63,210 nt of DNA, filler included, from Bigelowiella natans CCMP2755 (GCA_000320545.1; 8 parts of 8 records of this genome joined end to end with filler, not necessarily neighbours in it); one strand, 5' to 3'. Positions 25,480 through 39,099 are shown, numbered from the whole stretch's first letter. Notes: a model not told the origin generated them from the sequence alone. Made by a program: numbers and translations.

Positions 25480-26180
25480 GCAGCTGGCATGAGGCATGCC
25501 TAGCTTATGTATAGTATGTAACAACGAGTCATCTTGTCGGTTCGGCCATTATAACCGATTGAACTTGTGAAGAGCATTGCCAATTGAAGAGGACTTGGTG
25601 ATTGATGGCACTAAATGGATACATTCGATCTAGCATTGTCTGGCCATTGCGCCTGTTACATGCTAGCATGATCGATCTGGTGAAGTATGCGATGAGCGCC
25701 TTGCATGTGGCAATGCTCTGTCGTCTAGCTGTTACGTTGTATAATTTTATGCACATTTGGCTAGCTGGGCATCGATCGTCCCTTTCCGACTTTGTTTCAT
25801 TGTCGTAATGTCTAGATGTTTTGTCTTTAGAGGCACGTACAGCTGTGCTAGCCGCTTTTTGAAATATGTCCAACAACTAGCTAGCCAACAAGCCGAGAAT
25901 TTCAAGTAGTGCGGTGCATGTGCACATGCTAGCATGCACGCTAGCGCGCTCTAGGCGCTGTCAGGCTGTGGTCTACATGTTCAAAGTGCAGCAGACACGT
26001 GATGATATGATTGATGCGCTCGTTGGCAATAACTATAGCTACTGCAATGTCATTATTTTATCATCACGCTGCCAGCGTACGTCAGGAGGCATATTGACCA
26101 ACAAGCTGCAAATATAGCTCGTAGAGCATGCCGTTGATATATCTAGAACATGCGGTGTATCATGCAGATTGTCTCGATCG

Positions 26181-26226
<46 letters not shown>

Positions 26227-26320
26227 GCCGTTTATACACATATGTACGAATCTCCAAAGAGCACTGCTCAACTTTATTCCAAAGGTAGCATGCCGATTGC
26301 ACGCACTAATAGCTGCCTAG
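25480..26320. other. CTAG/CATG/TGCA-rich island between convergent genes
   Basis: Dense in gctagcatg, tgcatgtgcacatgctagc and tctaga. Follows a + stop at 25409. Confidence 0.7.
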
Positions 26321-27259
26321 TCGTTCTGTTTTGAGGTCTCCGAAAGCGCCTTCTTTGCCACCCCTGCCCCCTCTGCTGCGACGATAATGATAAATAATAT
26401 TTCTCGGTCAGCTTGGAGTAAACATGACTAATCCAGACCGAGCCAGTATGAAACACATCAATTTATACCCTCTCTCTTTCTCTTTCTCTCTCTCTCTCTA
26501 AACACCCACGCGCAAAACACAAATACATGACACACATAGCGCACACACGCAACAAATCTACGTGAAAATCTCCCTCTGCATTCGTGAATCATCATATCAC
26601 CGGATGCAGCCGCGCCTCCGCCGCCGTTAGCAGTGAGAGCCACCTTCTTCTTCTCCATGCGCCTCTTGGACTAAACACACACACACACACACACACAAAC
26701 ACATACACAAATATAAATATCTATATCTATTACACAAATTGCTAACAAAATTGCGTCCGCGAATGCAGCGCGTATTATTCTCCCCCATGCTACTCGCCGC
26801 CTCCTCCCCCAAGATGGCTGCTATTCCTCACAAACAGCATCTAGATAGAAACCCAAGAAAAAATCGCGGGGAAACACACAACACAAAACGAAGGCCGGGC
26901 GGCCGCGGGAGGGAGAGAGACTTCATCAGCGTTTATAAGTCTCCCCGCCCGTTCTTGCTAGGTTGCAGTGCAGCGTTCGCTCACGATTCTCAATGGTACA
27001 TAGCGATGGATACAATGCAGCAGCAGCAGCGCAAGGACTCAGGCCAAGCCAAGTCGTACAGTTACCAAGGTCAGGCTAGTATAGCTGGAGAGCAGAGAGC
27101 GAAGAAGCTTGAGATCCGTCAGGAACTCTTGCTCGATTTCTGTTTTTCGCGCGAACAAGAGAGGGGGGGGGGGGGGGGGGGGGGGGAGGGAAGGGGATAG
27201 GTAGAGGACGATGATAGTGATGATGACGAGGATGATGGCAAACGATATATTCGAATACT

Positions 27260-27301
<42 letters not shown>

Positions 27302-28800
27302 ATAAATATTCGTACGAGCTTGTTAAATATTGTTAAATATTTGTCAGAAATACGAGAAAAACGGCGACTGAGTCGGTGCTGCAGCATCGTCCGAATTCAC
27401 GGCTCTAACGTGCGCGTTTGCTTGACGCAAGTCACCGGGAAAATAACGAACCAAAACAAGGATTTCCCCTGCATCGCACCACCACTAGCAGCAGCAGCAG
27501 CAGCAGCAGCTACTTCTCTTGCCTCTGGAATCGAGTTTTTGAAAACATCGCCCTCCTCCTCTGCAAAAAACTTTGCCATTGCTGCTATTGCTGCTGCTAC
27601 TACTACTTCTACTACTACTACTATTACTACTACTACCATCACGACAACGACGATGCCTGATTTGACTACTATTACTACTATGGACATTTCTTCTACCGTT
27701 CCTACTCACTACTCACCTTGAATATCTAATTTCTCCGCAGCAGCGTCATCTGTTGTTTTGGGTGCAAGCAACCATCACACAGCGTGAATAAAGACCGAAT
27801 CACCATCGTCATCTTAGTGGGCATTAGTAGCCAGACACAAACCGCACGTACTGTGTTTGCTGTGCATCTTTGGTACACCCACGATGCCACCGCTCACGAT
27901 GTTATTCACTCACCACAGTGACGATGTTTGTCTTTTATTTTGCAATTTTATTCTTGCCCCCTAGCCTCCCCCCCCCCCCCCCCCTATCGTTCGAGGAAGG
28001 GCCGATCCCAGATCTGGAAGTGGGCGTGCCCCCCGTACCGCTTGTCTCCTTACTACTCACGGAGGACTGCTAGCTCCTGGCGCTGCTTTTCCTCCTGCTT
28101 TCGCGCCCCCCCCTCCCCCGCCAAGCTCGAGGCGGTGAGAGCCGACCTGCGTGTGAATGTGTGGGGGAGGAGATTCGTGAGAGGGTGTGAGTTCGCTGTG
28201 GGGCGCAGGATGGTTTTTGGTTGTTTGGCCATCATCATCATCTTCAATCATTATCATCGTTATCATCATCGTCATCATTATCATCGTCATCATCATCATC
28301 ATTATCGGCTGACCGTTTTCGTCGCCTTATTGAGGACTTCATGTGTGTTGATAATGCTGGTTCGGACCTAAGGGATGGTGGTGGTGGTGGTGGTGATGAT
28401 GATGATGGCAGTGATAATGCTGCTGCTGATCATGGTGATGATGGTAGTGATAATGCTGATGATGATGTGATGATGATTGATGATGATGGTGATGATGATG
28501 GTGATGAGGATCCTGCTATGTACATGCGCGTGCGAGGTGTGTGTTTTTGATCATACATCTATCATACTATCGTGCGCCGCCATTTCAACAATGCGCCGCA
28601 GCTAGTGCATAACAACTACAATAACAAGAACAAGAACAACAAGAACAACAACAACAGCTACTTGCCATGACATCGCACCTTCCGCAGCTTTGCATATACT
28701 TGCTTGACCTTCTCAGCCGCTTTAACTCGATCGGCATTTGCCTGATGTGAAAACAGCACCTGTAAAGACCCGCTGCTTCTCATTCTCCCCATACCTTAGA
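26320..28800 (-). CDS. Unidentified multi-exon gene, 3' part
   Basis: Minus-strand donors GTGAGT (about 28060 and 27716), GTCAGC and GTGCGA. A phase-compatible chain reads ADRVKAAEKVKQVYAKLRK|VRTSIINTHEVLNKATKT|VGSHRLELGG. Full model not resolved. Confidence 0.4.
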
Positions 28801-29364
28801 ATAGCAATATACCCTGCAAACTCTCTCTCTCTCCTTCGACCCCCCCCCCCCCCCCCCCTCCTTTCAAAAACAATAACACACGTTTGTGGTGGGCACCCCG
28901 AAAACCCTACCGCTGGAGCCGAACCCCCCCTCTCCCCAGGGGTGGATATCGTCGAGGGGGGAAAAAGCCTTTGCAGGGGGGGAGGGGGGGGGCATATTCC
29001 TCAGGGGGGGGGTCGCATTACGCGATCGCGCGTCCTACAAAGAGTGCTCGGAAGTTTGGGAGGGGGCCCCCCCCCCCCGTTGGGGAGAAAGAAGGGCGGA
29101 TCCCCAGACTGTCTAGGGGTGCGGGCACNNNNNNNNNNNNNNNNNNNNNNNNNNNNNNNNNNNNNNNNNNNNTTAATTAATTAANNNNNNNNNNNNNNNN
29201 NNNNNNNNNNNNNNNNNNNNNNNNNNNNTATCACACACACGCCTTCATTTACGACGACACGCCTGAACGACCGATCACGTATATATGTCTTGTTTTTTGT
29301 AAGTGTCGTGTTGCGTTGCACCCATCCCCCCCCCCCCCCTCCCCCCCCTCCCCCTTTCCCACTT

Positions 29365-29771
29365 ACCGTGATCTATGAACTTCGCGTCGTTGGCCTTGAC
29401 CATAACACTAGCTGTTCTTTCCACCTCCTCCTCTTCCTCCTCCTCCTCCTCCTCCTCCATCATCATCTCTCCCTCGTCCTACGAACAAAGACAGGGGGAG
29501 GGGGCTCCTCAACTTGCCTTCGGTGATGACTGGAAACGTCGTCGCAGTAATCACATGGTTTCTAGGGCGCCAGGCGATGAGCCATACGTGCTACTACTAC
29601 TACTACTACTACTACTATTAGCATTACAACTACCTCATTCTCTCCTTGGTCGTAGACCTTCTGGACTTTCTATGGGCAGTAAAGCAGTAGCAGTGGCAGT
29701 TGAAGTGTTCATATTTGCATGGATTACTATGTATATACGTGCATATGTGCGCCACGCGATTGCGTGTTTGT

Positions 29772-29829
<58 letters not shown>

Positions 29830-31140
29830 GGAGAGAGAAGGAGAGAGAGAGCATCCACCATCTTCTCGTCAGCTGTTATTCGCTTCCGCCGTCCATTCTC
29901 GTCTAAAGACTCTCCCGATTTCTTCTCTGTATCGCTCGACTAGGTGGTAATAGTACACACGTGTAATCATCATCATCATCATCATCATCATTATCCCCAT
30001 CATCTCTATCATGAGTACATCATCACCAGTATTTATCATAATAGACACACGAACGCATGCTGTTGCCCCCATCCAAGCACACACTCACAGAGAGAAAGAG
30101 AGAGAGAGAGAGGGGGGGGGGGAGGGGTTCAGATCACAGCGAACATGACTTCACAATATCTCGAAAAATACGGAGAGTTGTTATCGGGCTTTAAAAGAAA
30201 CGTAATGATCGATCCATTCTATTATTCTTGATTGGAAACAGCACGACAACAAATACCGATTCGCCTCTGGACTCCAGGATGTTTCCGGTCGAAATGGTGG
30301 ACTCCTGGCTCTCATGCTCGGGCAGCCTTTTGCCCTCCTGTCCCGCGTGGTGCAAGGAAGAAGAGGAAGAAGAAGAAAATGAAGATGAAGAAGACACGGG
30401 GGGGGGAAGAGAATGAGAAGGGACAAGGAGGGTGTGAGAACAAATGAAATGGATGGCAGTGAGTAAGCACGCACCATCTTCTTGTCGCGCTTCTTCTTTT
30501 TCTCCAGTTGACGTTGCTTGTATCTTTGAGACTGCGACGTTATGAAACGCAGCGCGACAGAATTATTAGGAGTTTTTATTGAGAATCCCCCCCCATACAT
30601 GCCCCACACACGCACAAATCCATGAAACACGATGATGGCTGCAAGATAAGGAGAAGAACGAAACGAAGAAGCAATGTTCGAGCTTTTATGTAACAACTAA
30701 CTTCTCTCCTCTTAATCCGCTTCTTCCACCGTTTTCGCACCAAGTGCAGCACCTAGAGGATGATGATGTCGATGATGTTGATGATCATGATGAGGGCAGC
30801 GGGTTAGGTACCTCTCCCCCCCCCCCTTTGCTCTTTCTGTCCTCAGTCCCGTAGACATTGAGTTTATTGTGCCTCCGATGTTTCTTCTCCTCGTGCTCAA
30901 GGATATCTTCTCTGGTGGGGGGGATGGAAAGATTTAGTTCGACTTGTTTTTTTTCTGTTGTGCTCTGCGCATGTGGCCCATCATAACATCATCCTTGTCA
31001 CTGCAGCAGCAACAGCTTTTGGGGGTGTTAGGTTAGGGAGTACCCTCCCTCCATAGTCATAATAGGAAGGCCGGTGAGATGGGCAAGGAGTCGTCTGTAA
31101 TAAAAGGAAGTGTAATAACTATGTAAATATATAAACCTAT

Positions 31141-31194
<54 letters not shown>

Positions 31195-31996
31195 TAAGAC
31201 TGTATGTATGGTGCGGGGTTACAGATAATATGCACACATCTACTACCGGTCTTTGTAGATCTCTTTATGCTCTTCATCCTCAAAGCCCAGAGCCTGGGAG
31301 GCGGTGGGAGGGCATGTAAGATTTGGCGAAGATTGAACGATGATCAAAGTGGAATGCTTTACGCGTTGTTCTACAACAACTCACCTTTATAGCTAGTTCC
31401 GTCATGAACCTCGATTGCCGTTTCGCTGTTAATGATAAAGGGGAGATCAAGGCGAGGAGGAGGAAACGACGACGACGACGACAAAGTGTAATGGAAGACT
31501 GCATATTCTGCGTCAATGACAGATAGCACAAAAGTGACGTTTAGTTTTGTATAGCAGATCTATTTCTGTTCGTTCAAGTCAAGAACGTTTGTTTGTGATG
31601 AGTACACGTGGCTGACCAAATGTGAAGTGTCGGCCTTTCTCCGCTTCCCTGAATTTTTTCCGGTCCCTGAATAGAAATTGTGATCACCCCCAACGGCTCC
31701 TCCTACATGCGGTCATTCGCAAATAACAGCTTCACGAATTACCTTCCAGGATTTTGCTTCGATCGCGAAGATGCATAGTGGCTGCTCTTGGCACCACCTC
31801 TGATCCCACACAGTCGCCTCATCCCCCAGGTCCTTCCGAGATTCATATCTAGGTGGAAGACTGGTGGGTAGGGCCGTCGCAGCATACCTGATGATGATGC
31901 TACCACCGCCTCTTCGTCGGTCGCCTGGCATCGGAATTGTTGCGGCGACATTGCTACAAAGAGCAGAAGCTTCAACGCCACTGCTGCCATGGTCAT
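29365..31996 (-). CDS. Unidentified multi-exon gene with an N-terminal signal-peptide-like sequence
   Basis: Starts MTMAAVALKLLLFVAMSPQQFRCQA, followed by small GT/AG-bounded exons between microsatellite introns (e.g. VVVEQRVKHSTLIIVQSSPNLTCPP). May continue into 26320-28800. Confidence 0.4.
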
Positions 31997-32517
31997 CTTG
32001 AAGAAGAGATCGCCATCGCGGCGTCGTTGGGAACAGCAGTCATCAACCTCTCGCACTTAGCCTTGCGAGATGTCCCCGAGTAGCAGGAGGCCGACCTACC
32101 AGCTCTCTGTACCACCTCAAAAGATCCTGCTGCCAAGATCCGGGTTGGGGGCTGAGGCACCCGTACCCCAATCTAAAGATGAGAGAAAAGGCAACAAAAT
32201 ATCAGATGTTTGTTCGATAAATACGAAACATTTCCCGATGCAACCGCCGCCGCTTGAATTTCGGTCGCACCTGGCTCGAGGCTTCAAGGACGATTTCCAG
32301 GATTTCCGAAGAAACACCTGCAAAGATCGGCCTGGTTGCGTGCATGAAAAAACCTGGATTTTTTTTCTCAACGACAATTCTAAGATCGAGACGTAGGGCA
32401 TAATTTCCCAGCGTTTTCGCGGGAAAGTGCTCTCATATTTCACTTTTCGTCTGCCAGCTTGCCTCCACCAGATCTGGAACTTGCAGCTGCGTTGGTGCTT
32501 TGGCGCAGGTATGTAAC

Positions 32518-33028
32518 ATGGCCCGAAGATCCGGAGTGCAGAAACAGGTACTTGAAGCTGTTCCATTTTTATGTTATAAAACGAAAACTTAGTTGAGGGA
32601 CTTGGCATTGTGCGCTTTGCGCAAAAGGTATTGGCTTTGTACCGTTCCTTCCTAGTTGCCGCACGACAAAAACCTGAACTGGATAGACAGGTTGGTTGGT
32701 ATATGATTACTGGTGGCGGTAAAAATGCAAAATTCATTGATCTCTTTTCTTAGCCATGGATTGAGACAATCCGCAGTGCCTTCAAGGATGGTGCACAAGT
32801 AAAGCGCAACAATTTTAAGAAGATAGAATATTTGCTCAGGTATATCGATTTACTTATTTTCAAACTAAATAATAATACTATATGTATTTATACATACATA
32901 TTATTTATGATTTTTTATTCTTGTTATTATTAAGACAAGGAAATAAACGATTGCAAACGTTCAAAGATTCAAGCGTCAAAAGTATGCGAACATACGGTGT
33001 CAATTCTTCACCCGTCAGCAAAGATTAA
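32518..33028 (+). CDS. SDHAF1: Succinate dehydrogenase assembly factor 1 (LYR-motif protein), 4 exons, 90 aa
   Basis: Exons 32518-32547, 32628-32690, 32754-32839 and 32935-33028 give MARRSGVQKQVLALYRSFLVAARQK...IRSAFKDG..VKRNNFKKIEYLLRQGNKRL. Not in the ORF track. Confidence 0.88.
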
Positions 33029-33228
33029 CGTAGCGCAGTAGCTCAAAATATAGTAAAATAAACTTTGATTCAGATGGTAAAATCTGGAGCCAATTTTTTA
33101 GTATTGAGGATAGCCTCGTCTTCCGCTATTCTTTCCTAGATAGTGCTTACGATTATTCTAGTTATAATGAGACGGATGTAATGATATGATTAAATCTTTT
33201 CAATTGTCATCCTTACGATGATTACACA

Positions 33229-33272
<44 letters not shown>

Positions 33273-33277
33273 TACCT

Positions 33278-33329
<52 letters not shown>

Positions 33330-33392
33330 CTATGCGTACTTGGAACCCGCTTGACATATCGTGCGGAGTAAGTACGAAAAAAAAAAATATAG

Positions 33393-33426
<34 letters not shown>

Positions 33427-33454
33427 TAATATTCGACGCAGCGATGATGCTGCA

Positions 33455-34870
33455 CCAGCTAGCTAGTGAATCAATGAATGATGCCAGGCGAGCTATGATT
33501 AGTGATGACGTACATGCGTCATCAGGCTAGTCTAGTCGTGCACGCTATATGGATTACGCAGCTATGACGCTACGCTACAGACGACGCACACAATTAATGC
33601 GTGCAATGGCATGTCTAGATGTGGTACATCTGTGATGCACAATGATTGTAAATGTAGCATGAACAAGAGAACAGATGCACACAGTCATCTTACATTGACG
33701 AGTGTGCACAAGTCCAAGCAAAGCGAGCGTAGTAATTGCAATGATGAGCAATCTAGAGCGCACATCACAGCTAGCGAAGCTGTCTAGCTCAGTGAGAGCT
33801 GCCGCATGCCGGCATTTGCGGACCATTGAATGTTTTTGCATTGACCAATTGGCAGTCATTTGAGCGTAGCATGCTAGCATGCTGCACAGAAATCTTTATG
33901 TTCTGCTTGATGCATGTGCGATGTGACGACAAACTGGAGAAAATTGGGAAGTCGTGCTGCAACAGACAAGGTGTACATGCCAGCATGTACTAGTGTAGTA
34001 GCTAATGGCGTGTGCTGGAACACACAATAGACATAGCTAGATAGCATGTCAACATGCACAACATTATATTCACTGTGCACACCGTGCTAGCGTGTCTACT
34101 ACTAGTCTGTGGTGTACGTTGTTACGCGCGCGGGGGCATGCGATTGACAGTGCAAGCACGGTGTGTCAACAGCATGCAGCAGACGAATCTAGCTGCACGC
34201 ATGGATGCGGACGTATCGTAGCTAGACACCACAACGCTGCTTGTGCTGCACGTATAACAATGAATGTGTAATGAATCAAATCAAAATTTTTCAACATCCA
34301 CATGACATGGTCATCCTCGTCATGCATGTAGTTGTTCTACTGTGCAATGCAGCTTGAGCGGCTAGACTACTGTGTACGTTTGTGTGCACGTACAAGCATC
34401 AACGCATGTATGTACACGTCTCTCTGCTCAGTTATTAGTGACGCATCGTATCATCGTATCTAGCTAGCTAGGCATGCTATTGGCATGGGATGGGCCGCCA
34501 AGTGCGATCTTATTGACACACACATGGCATTTCATTTTTTTATTTTTTAGTTTCATTAGATGCATGAAGTGTCTAGAGATGTGTGCGCGATCGCGAGAGA
34601 TGCAGTGCACATGCTAGAATCGAATGTGCGAACCTAGGCATGATACGATCGAGCATGTCCGTCGTTTAGACATAACATTAAACATGTGGTAGACACACTG
34701 CTCCTTGCTCTGTGTGTCTGCAAATAAAACATGCAACGAAAAGATGGAACACCACATCTGTGGCGTGTTATAATCAAAATATGTCTCCAAATTCACAGAA
34801 CATCTAGACATGGTTGCTACTATCTAGCTACGTCCGCAACGCTTCTGTAGATAGAAGTTACAAAGTTCGT
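33455..34870. other. CTAG/CATG/TGCA-rich island between convergent genes
   Basis: About 1.4 kb of palindromic-tetramer-rich sequence between the SDHAF1 and COX6B stops. Confidence 0.75.
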
Positions 34871-34939
34871 AGCTACACTCATTGAATCTATCCAGCAATA
34901 TCCTATTCTGGATTAAATGGTGAAGTTTCGACGTATAAT

Positions 34940-35472
34940 TTACTCGTCATCATCATCATCATCGTCTTCATCATCTGACCAAAAAAGGTTTTTTCAGGAC
35001 AAGGTATGCAAAATGAACCAAATGAAACGAACCTCCTGCGTCCTCGCATCCATGGTTTACGCCATAGAAGTTGTGGACCTTCTTAGTACCACCGTGTCCA
35101 TCGGAAACCTCGCGCCAAACGCGAGCCTCCTTCCAAGCCTCAAGCTAAATAGTTTGTTTAGTGATACTAGTTAGTCATTATAACAATAACCTCCTGAAAG
35201 ACTACATTTACCCAATCGTTTGGACAGAGAGAGAATGCTGCTTTTTTGAAGACCAAGCACTTTGCTGCGTCATCTCCGCTCTCCTTTTGGCACTTTAGCA
35301 TCTCGTTGTATGCAGTCCTGCGAGACAAAATGATGAAGTGAGATACTACAATTGATGACATTCTTTAATTCCACTACCAGCAGTTCTTGGCTTGATTTTG
35401 GGATGAAATAAAGCGAAGATCAATTGCTGCAGTTTGCAACTTGAACTTGCCGTCTTCGCCAAAGTAGCTCAT
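34940..35472 (-). CDS. COX6B: Cytochrome c oxidase subunit 6B
   Basis: Reads LQTAAIDLRFISSQNQAKNCW|TAYNEMLKCQKESGDDAAKCLVFKKAAFSLCPNDW|LEAWKEAR, with the CX9C/CX10C pattern. Acidic last exon. Confidence 0.9.
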
Positions 35473-36383
35473 TTCTATAGGCTTGGTCTGAGAAGGATTA
35501 GAGAGTGGGGGGAGAGCGTATTCACCGCCTCTTTCCAGTACTAACGTGCCTCTTGTTCGTGAATATTTAGGCCAAAATTTTCTTATTAATGTAAAATAAG
35601 CAATAAACGCCATGTGTATTGAAAATTATATAAGGTATCCCCGTTTTTAATAAATCCCGCTTTCGTTTCCCAGGTCTGAAAAAGGACAAACTGAGCGCAG
35701 AATCTTGCTTACCCCTAGAGGGCCGAAGTAATGTTTTTTAGAATTGTTATCTGCTGACTAAATATCTCGTCCTTTTTTGGATATTAATCATCAAATTAGG
35801 TTGTCGCTTTGCCTCATCCTCGCACCCGATGCCTCTTCAAATTTTTTTCGTTGGCACTGGTCTTTTCAACAAAAGACTTTTCCGAAAAAACAAAAAGGGA
35901 GATGTCGTAGGCATCTTATGAAATGATATTTTTGCGTGCTTTCTTGCATGCCATTGTCGTACAAGATAAAATAGAAAGCATAATCACTCAACCGTGGATT
36001 CTTAGCTAAAGTCATGCGAAACACGTTGTCGCTTTGGAATCGTTGTGCACCTTTCCCTGCCGTTTTGATAAATGTCGAAGTTTGTGAAACGCTCGAATTA
36101 TGTAATATTCTGTCAATATCCGGTACTTCTTAATCCTTACATTATAGGAATATATTTCATGCATACGACAATAGTTCTAGTATGTCTTTAGTCTCAAATT
36201 GTCTTTGCTGGCTACAACTCTTGCCCTGACGGACACAACCCACCAGATCGATCCACCCCCACCTGTTCGTTGCACAAACCTTGAAGGCTCCATCCAACCT
36301 TCGAAAAGAAGATTTTTTTCACGTGGAAATTGTGTCAGCAGTTTGCATTCGAGTATCTGCTTTCCCAATTACATTGACGAACT

Positions 36384-38779
36384 ATGTCACGGGTGAGCAG
36401 CATTAGTCGATACAAGATCTTCGATCGGATGCTCAAAGTCTGTGTATTTTATCAGGGATCTAGTGTTGATGAGACTCTCTTTGCAAGCAAGCATAACAGT
36501 CGCAGAACCTCCCGAAAAGGCTACACGGTGAGCTTTATACCTCCGACATCGAAATCCAGATTATCCCCTCATGGGTTTGTGTATCTCTGGAATTCTTGAA
36601 TAAAAAACGAATGAGGTTCTTGGTATATTCCTAGGTTATCTCTAAGAGTAAGCTGAAGAATCTACTTGGTCAAGGAGATGCAGTTGTCCTGAAATCGAGC
36701 GAGCTAAGTGCAATCAAGGCCATGGCTCCGCGCACGGTTACAAATGCCAAGACCCGTTCGAAGGAGAAGTATAACAAGACTCTGACAATAAGATCTCAAC
36801 AGAGAAAGTAGATTCATCCAATTTATTATTTCAAATAAGAATGGACAACCCAGGAATATTTTTGAGGAACACGTTGCCTGTCTTAATTACCTCTTTACAG
36901 AGATCGAATGATGAAAAAAGGGAAAATGGGAACTGTTTCTATTGTCGAGGCAGATAAAGAAGTCGTTGTAAACAAGAAAGAAGGTGCGTTCTTGCTAATG
37001 TCATTGAAAATTGTGTTTTGATGCCCTAAATTTATGTTATCATCCTGTCGTCCTATCCTCCTATCCTCAGACGCGAACGATCTTCAGAAACGAAGAGACG
37101 AGGATCACGATGATGTCAAACATATGAATCAAATTCTTCTCTATGCACAATGTGCAAGTATCCGTGACAAGCAACTAGAAGAAAAGAAAATGATTGCTCA
37201 GCGGAGAGCTGAGGAAGAAAAGGAAGTTTTCATGAAAATGGAAGAGGAGGTATGCGGAACATAGCCGGGCGTGCGTACCAAAGAGGGGGGGAGTAAGTTG
37301 ATGACGGCATAAAACCTGATTGTGCGTATCTTTGTGATGGTAGCGCGTACGGGCAATTCGAATGGTTGAGGAGCGTGAAAAAGTTAAAATTATGAAAAGA
37401 AAAGAAGATGCGGTTATGCTACGAAAGCAGGTGAGTCGAGATATCACAAAATTAAGCCGGATCTTAGTCTTAGTAGCCGCCGAGATTGAGGTGTGAATTT
37501 TTTTCCACAGATTCAATTCCGCGAGCGTGAAAGACTTCGAAAGAGAGAACGAGCTGAACAGGAGGCAGAGCTTATGCTCGAGCGTATAAAAGTACATAAT
37601 TGTATTCGCATGCCTTTTTCTAAATCTCTCCTCCTTCATGAGATAGTACATGAAGTCCAGTTCGGATCTCACATGGTTTTTTTAATTCTAACAGGAAAAC
37701 GAGCGACGCCAGGAGGAAGAGGCTAGAAGAAAGATTGAACATGGTCGCAAGCTTCACGCAGAAGTTATGGCCGCAAACGATGCAGCAGCTAGAGCTAAGC
37801 TTCGCAGGAAGCAAGAAGAGGTGCCATCCCTAACAAACACTTACGATTTGAACATCAACTATCACCGACTCGGTGGTATTCTTCCAGTTTTTTCTCGATC
37901 ATTCTTCAAATTTCTGTTTGGGAAGTTCTCTGGTTAGAAATGAGAAAAACGGAAGGACATACGATTTCCCATCCGTCTCGAAAAAATCGAATCGAGTGGT
38001 GAAACTTCATAATAAATAACTGCCTTCGATATACGATAGAATGAAGAAAACGAGAGGATTGCGCGATACATAAAGCAAAAAGAGCTCAAAGAAGCCCGAG
38101 AAGAAGAGAGACTGGCAGCAATCAAGGCGGCGAAAGAGCAGGAGGTTGCTCGCTTACGGGCTCAACAGGAAAAGGCCAACGATAGACGGAGCGAGCTTGA
38201 TGAATTAAGGTGATTCTTTGATGCATAATTAATTGGACGTTGATATCCAGACAAAATCCTCATCATTTCTTTTGGTACACACACGTCCGTTGCAGAGCGA
38301 GACGTTACCAAGAAGCCAGCGACCGGCGTTGGAGGCTCGCTGAGAAAGAGAAGGCTATGAAGCAACGAGAAATGATGCGCGACATGGACCGGGTGCGGAA
38401 CGAGCAGAGGTTGTACAAAGAAAAAGCCATAAACGAGCAACGCAAGCAAGATCAGGAACTTCATCTCCGCACGCTCAAGTGGCAGAAGGAGCAGGAAGAG
38501 AGGGAAGCTCTCGAAGCCGAACGCAAAAGGATGGTTAGGATGCAAATCCAGGACACAGTTGTGCAGCAAATCTCAGAGCACGAGCGATCAAAAAAGGCGG
38601 AGAGGGAGCAATATCTCACCGAAGGAAATAAAATTAAAGCGGCTCTCGCGCAAGAGAAAGCTCGCATCGAAGCTGTGAAGGCTAACAAACTCATGCAAAT
38701 GAAAAAAATGGGCATTCCATCGAAGTACCAGGCGGAACTTGCGAAGAAAAAAGTTCTACAATCAAAAGTGACCCACTAA
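36384..38779 (+). CDS. CFAP45: Cilia- and flagella-associated protein 45 (CCDC19), multi-exon
   Basis: Motifs: SSVDETLFA; DEDHDDVKHMNQILLYAQCASIRDKQLEEKK; AAKEQEVARLRAQQEKA..ELDELRARRYQE; MGIPSKYQAEL. Confidence 0.9.
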
Positions 38780-39099
38780 GGTGAAACAGCCGCCACCATC
38801 CGTCATAGCAATGACATTATGATGCGGTGGATGTTGGGTCTGCTTACTTCTGCAGAGGTTTTAAAATGCGGTGATGCAACAGACTCAATGGCAAACTTGC
38901 ACAATAGAGACAAAGTCCTCCTTGACCATAGACGGACTTTGTTCATTTTTTACGTCGTTAGAGTTTGCTGCGCCACGGCCCGATGTACCTATAAATACAT
39001 AGATAGCATGCATGCCGCTTTTGCAATGTTTAACATTTGTGTAACAATGACCGCTTTATTGATGCTGACATACGTTGTATCGTATTAGAGTGAATTCAA

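Noticed and set aside
28840-29128. G/C-homopolymer-rich stretch, possible G-quadruplex array (also 13850-14045, 60540-60700, 62880-63210)
   Set aside because: These lie at or near contig ends beside long homopolymers and look like low-quality read tails.
32117-32737. 206-aa minus-strand ORF
   Set aside because: It is antisense to SDHAF1 exons and its promoter region and shows no recognisable motifs.
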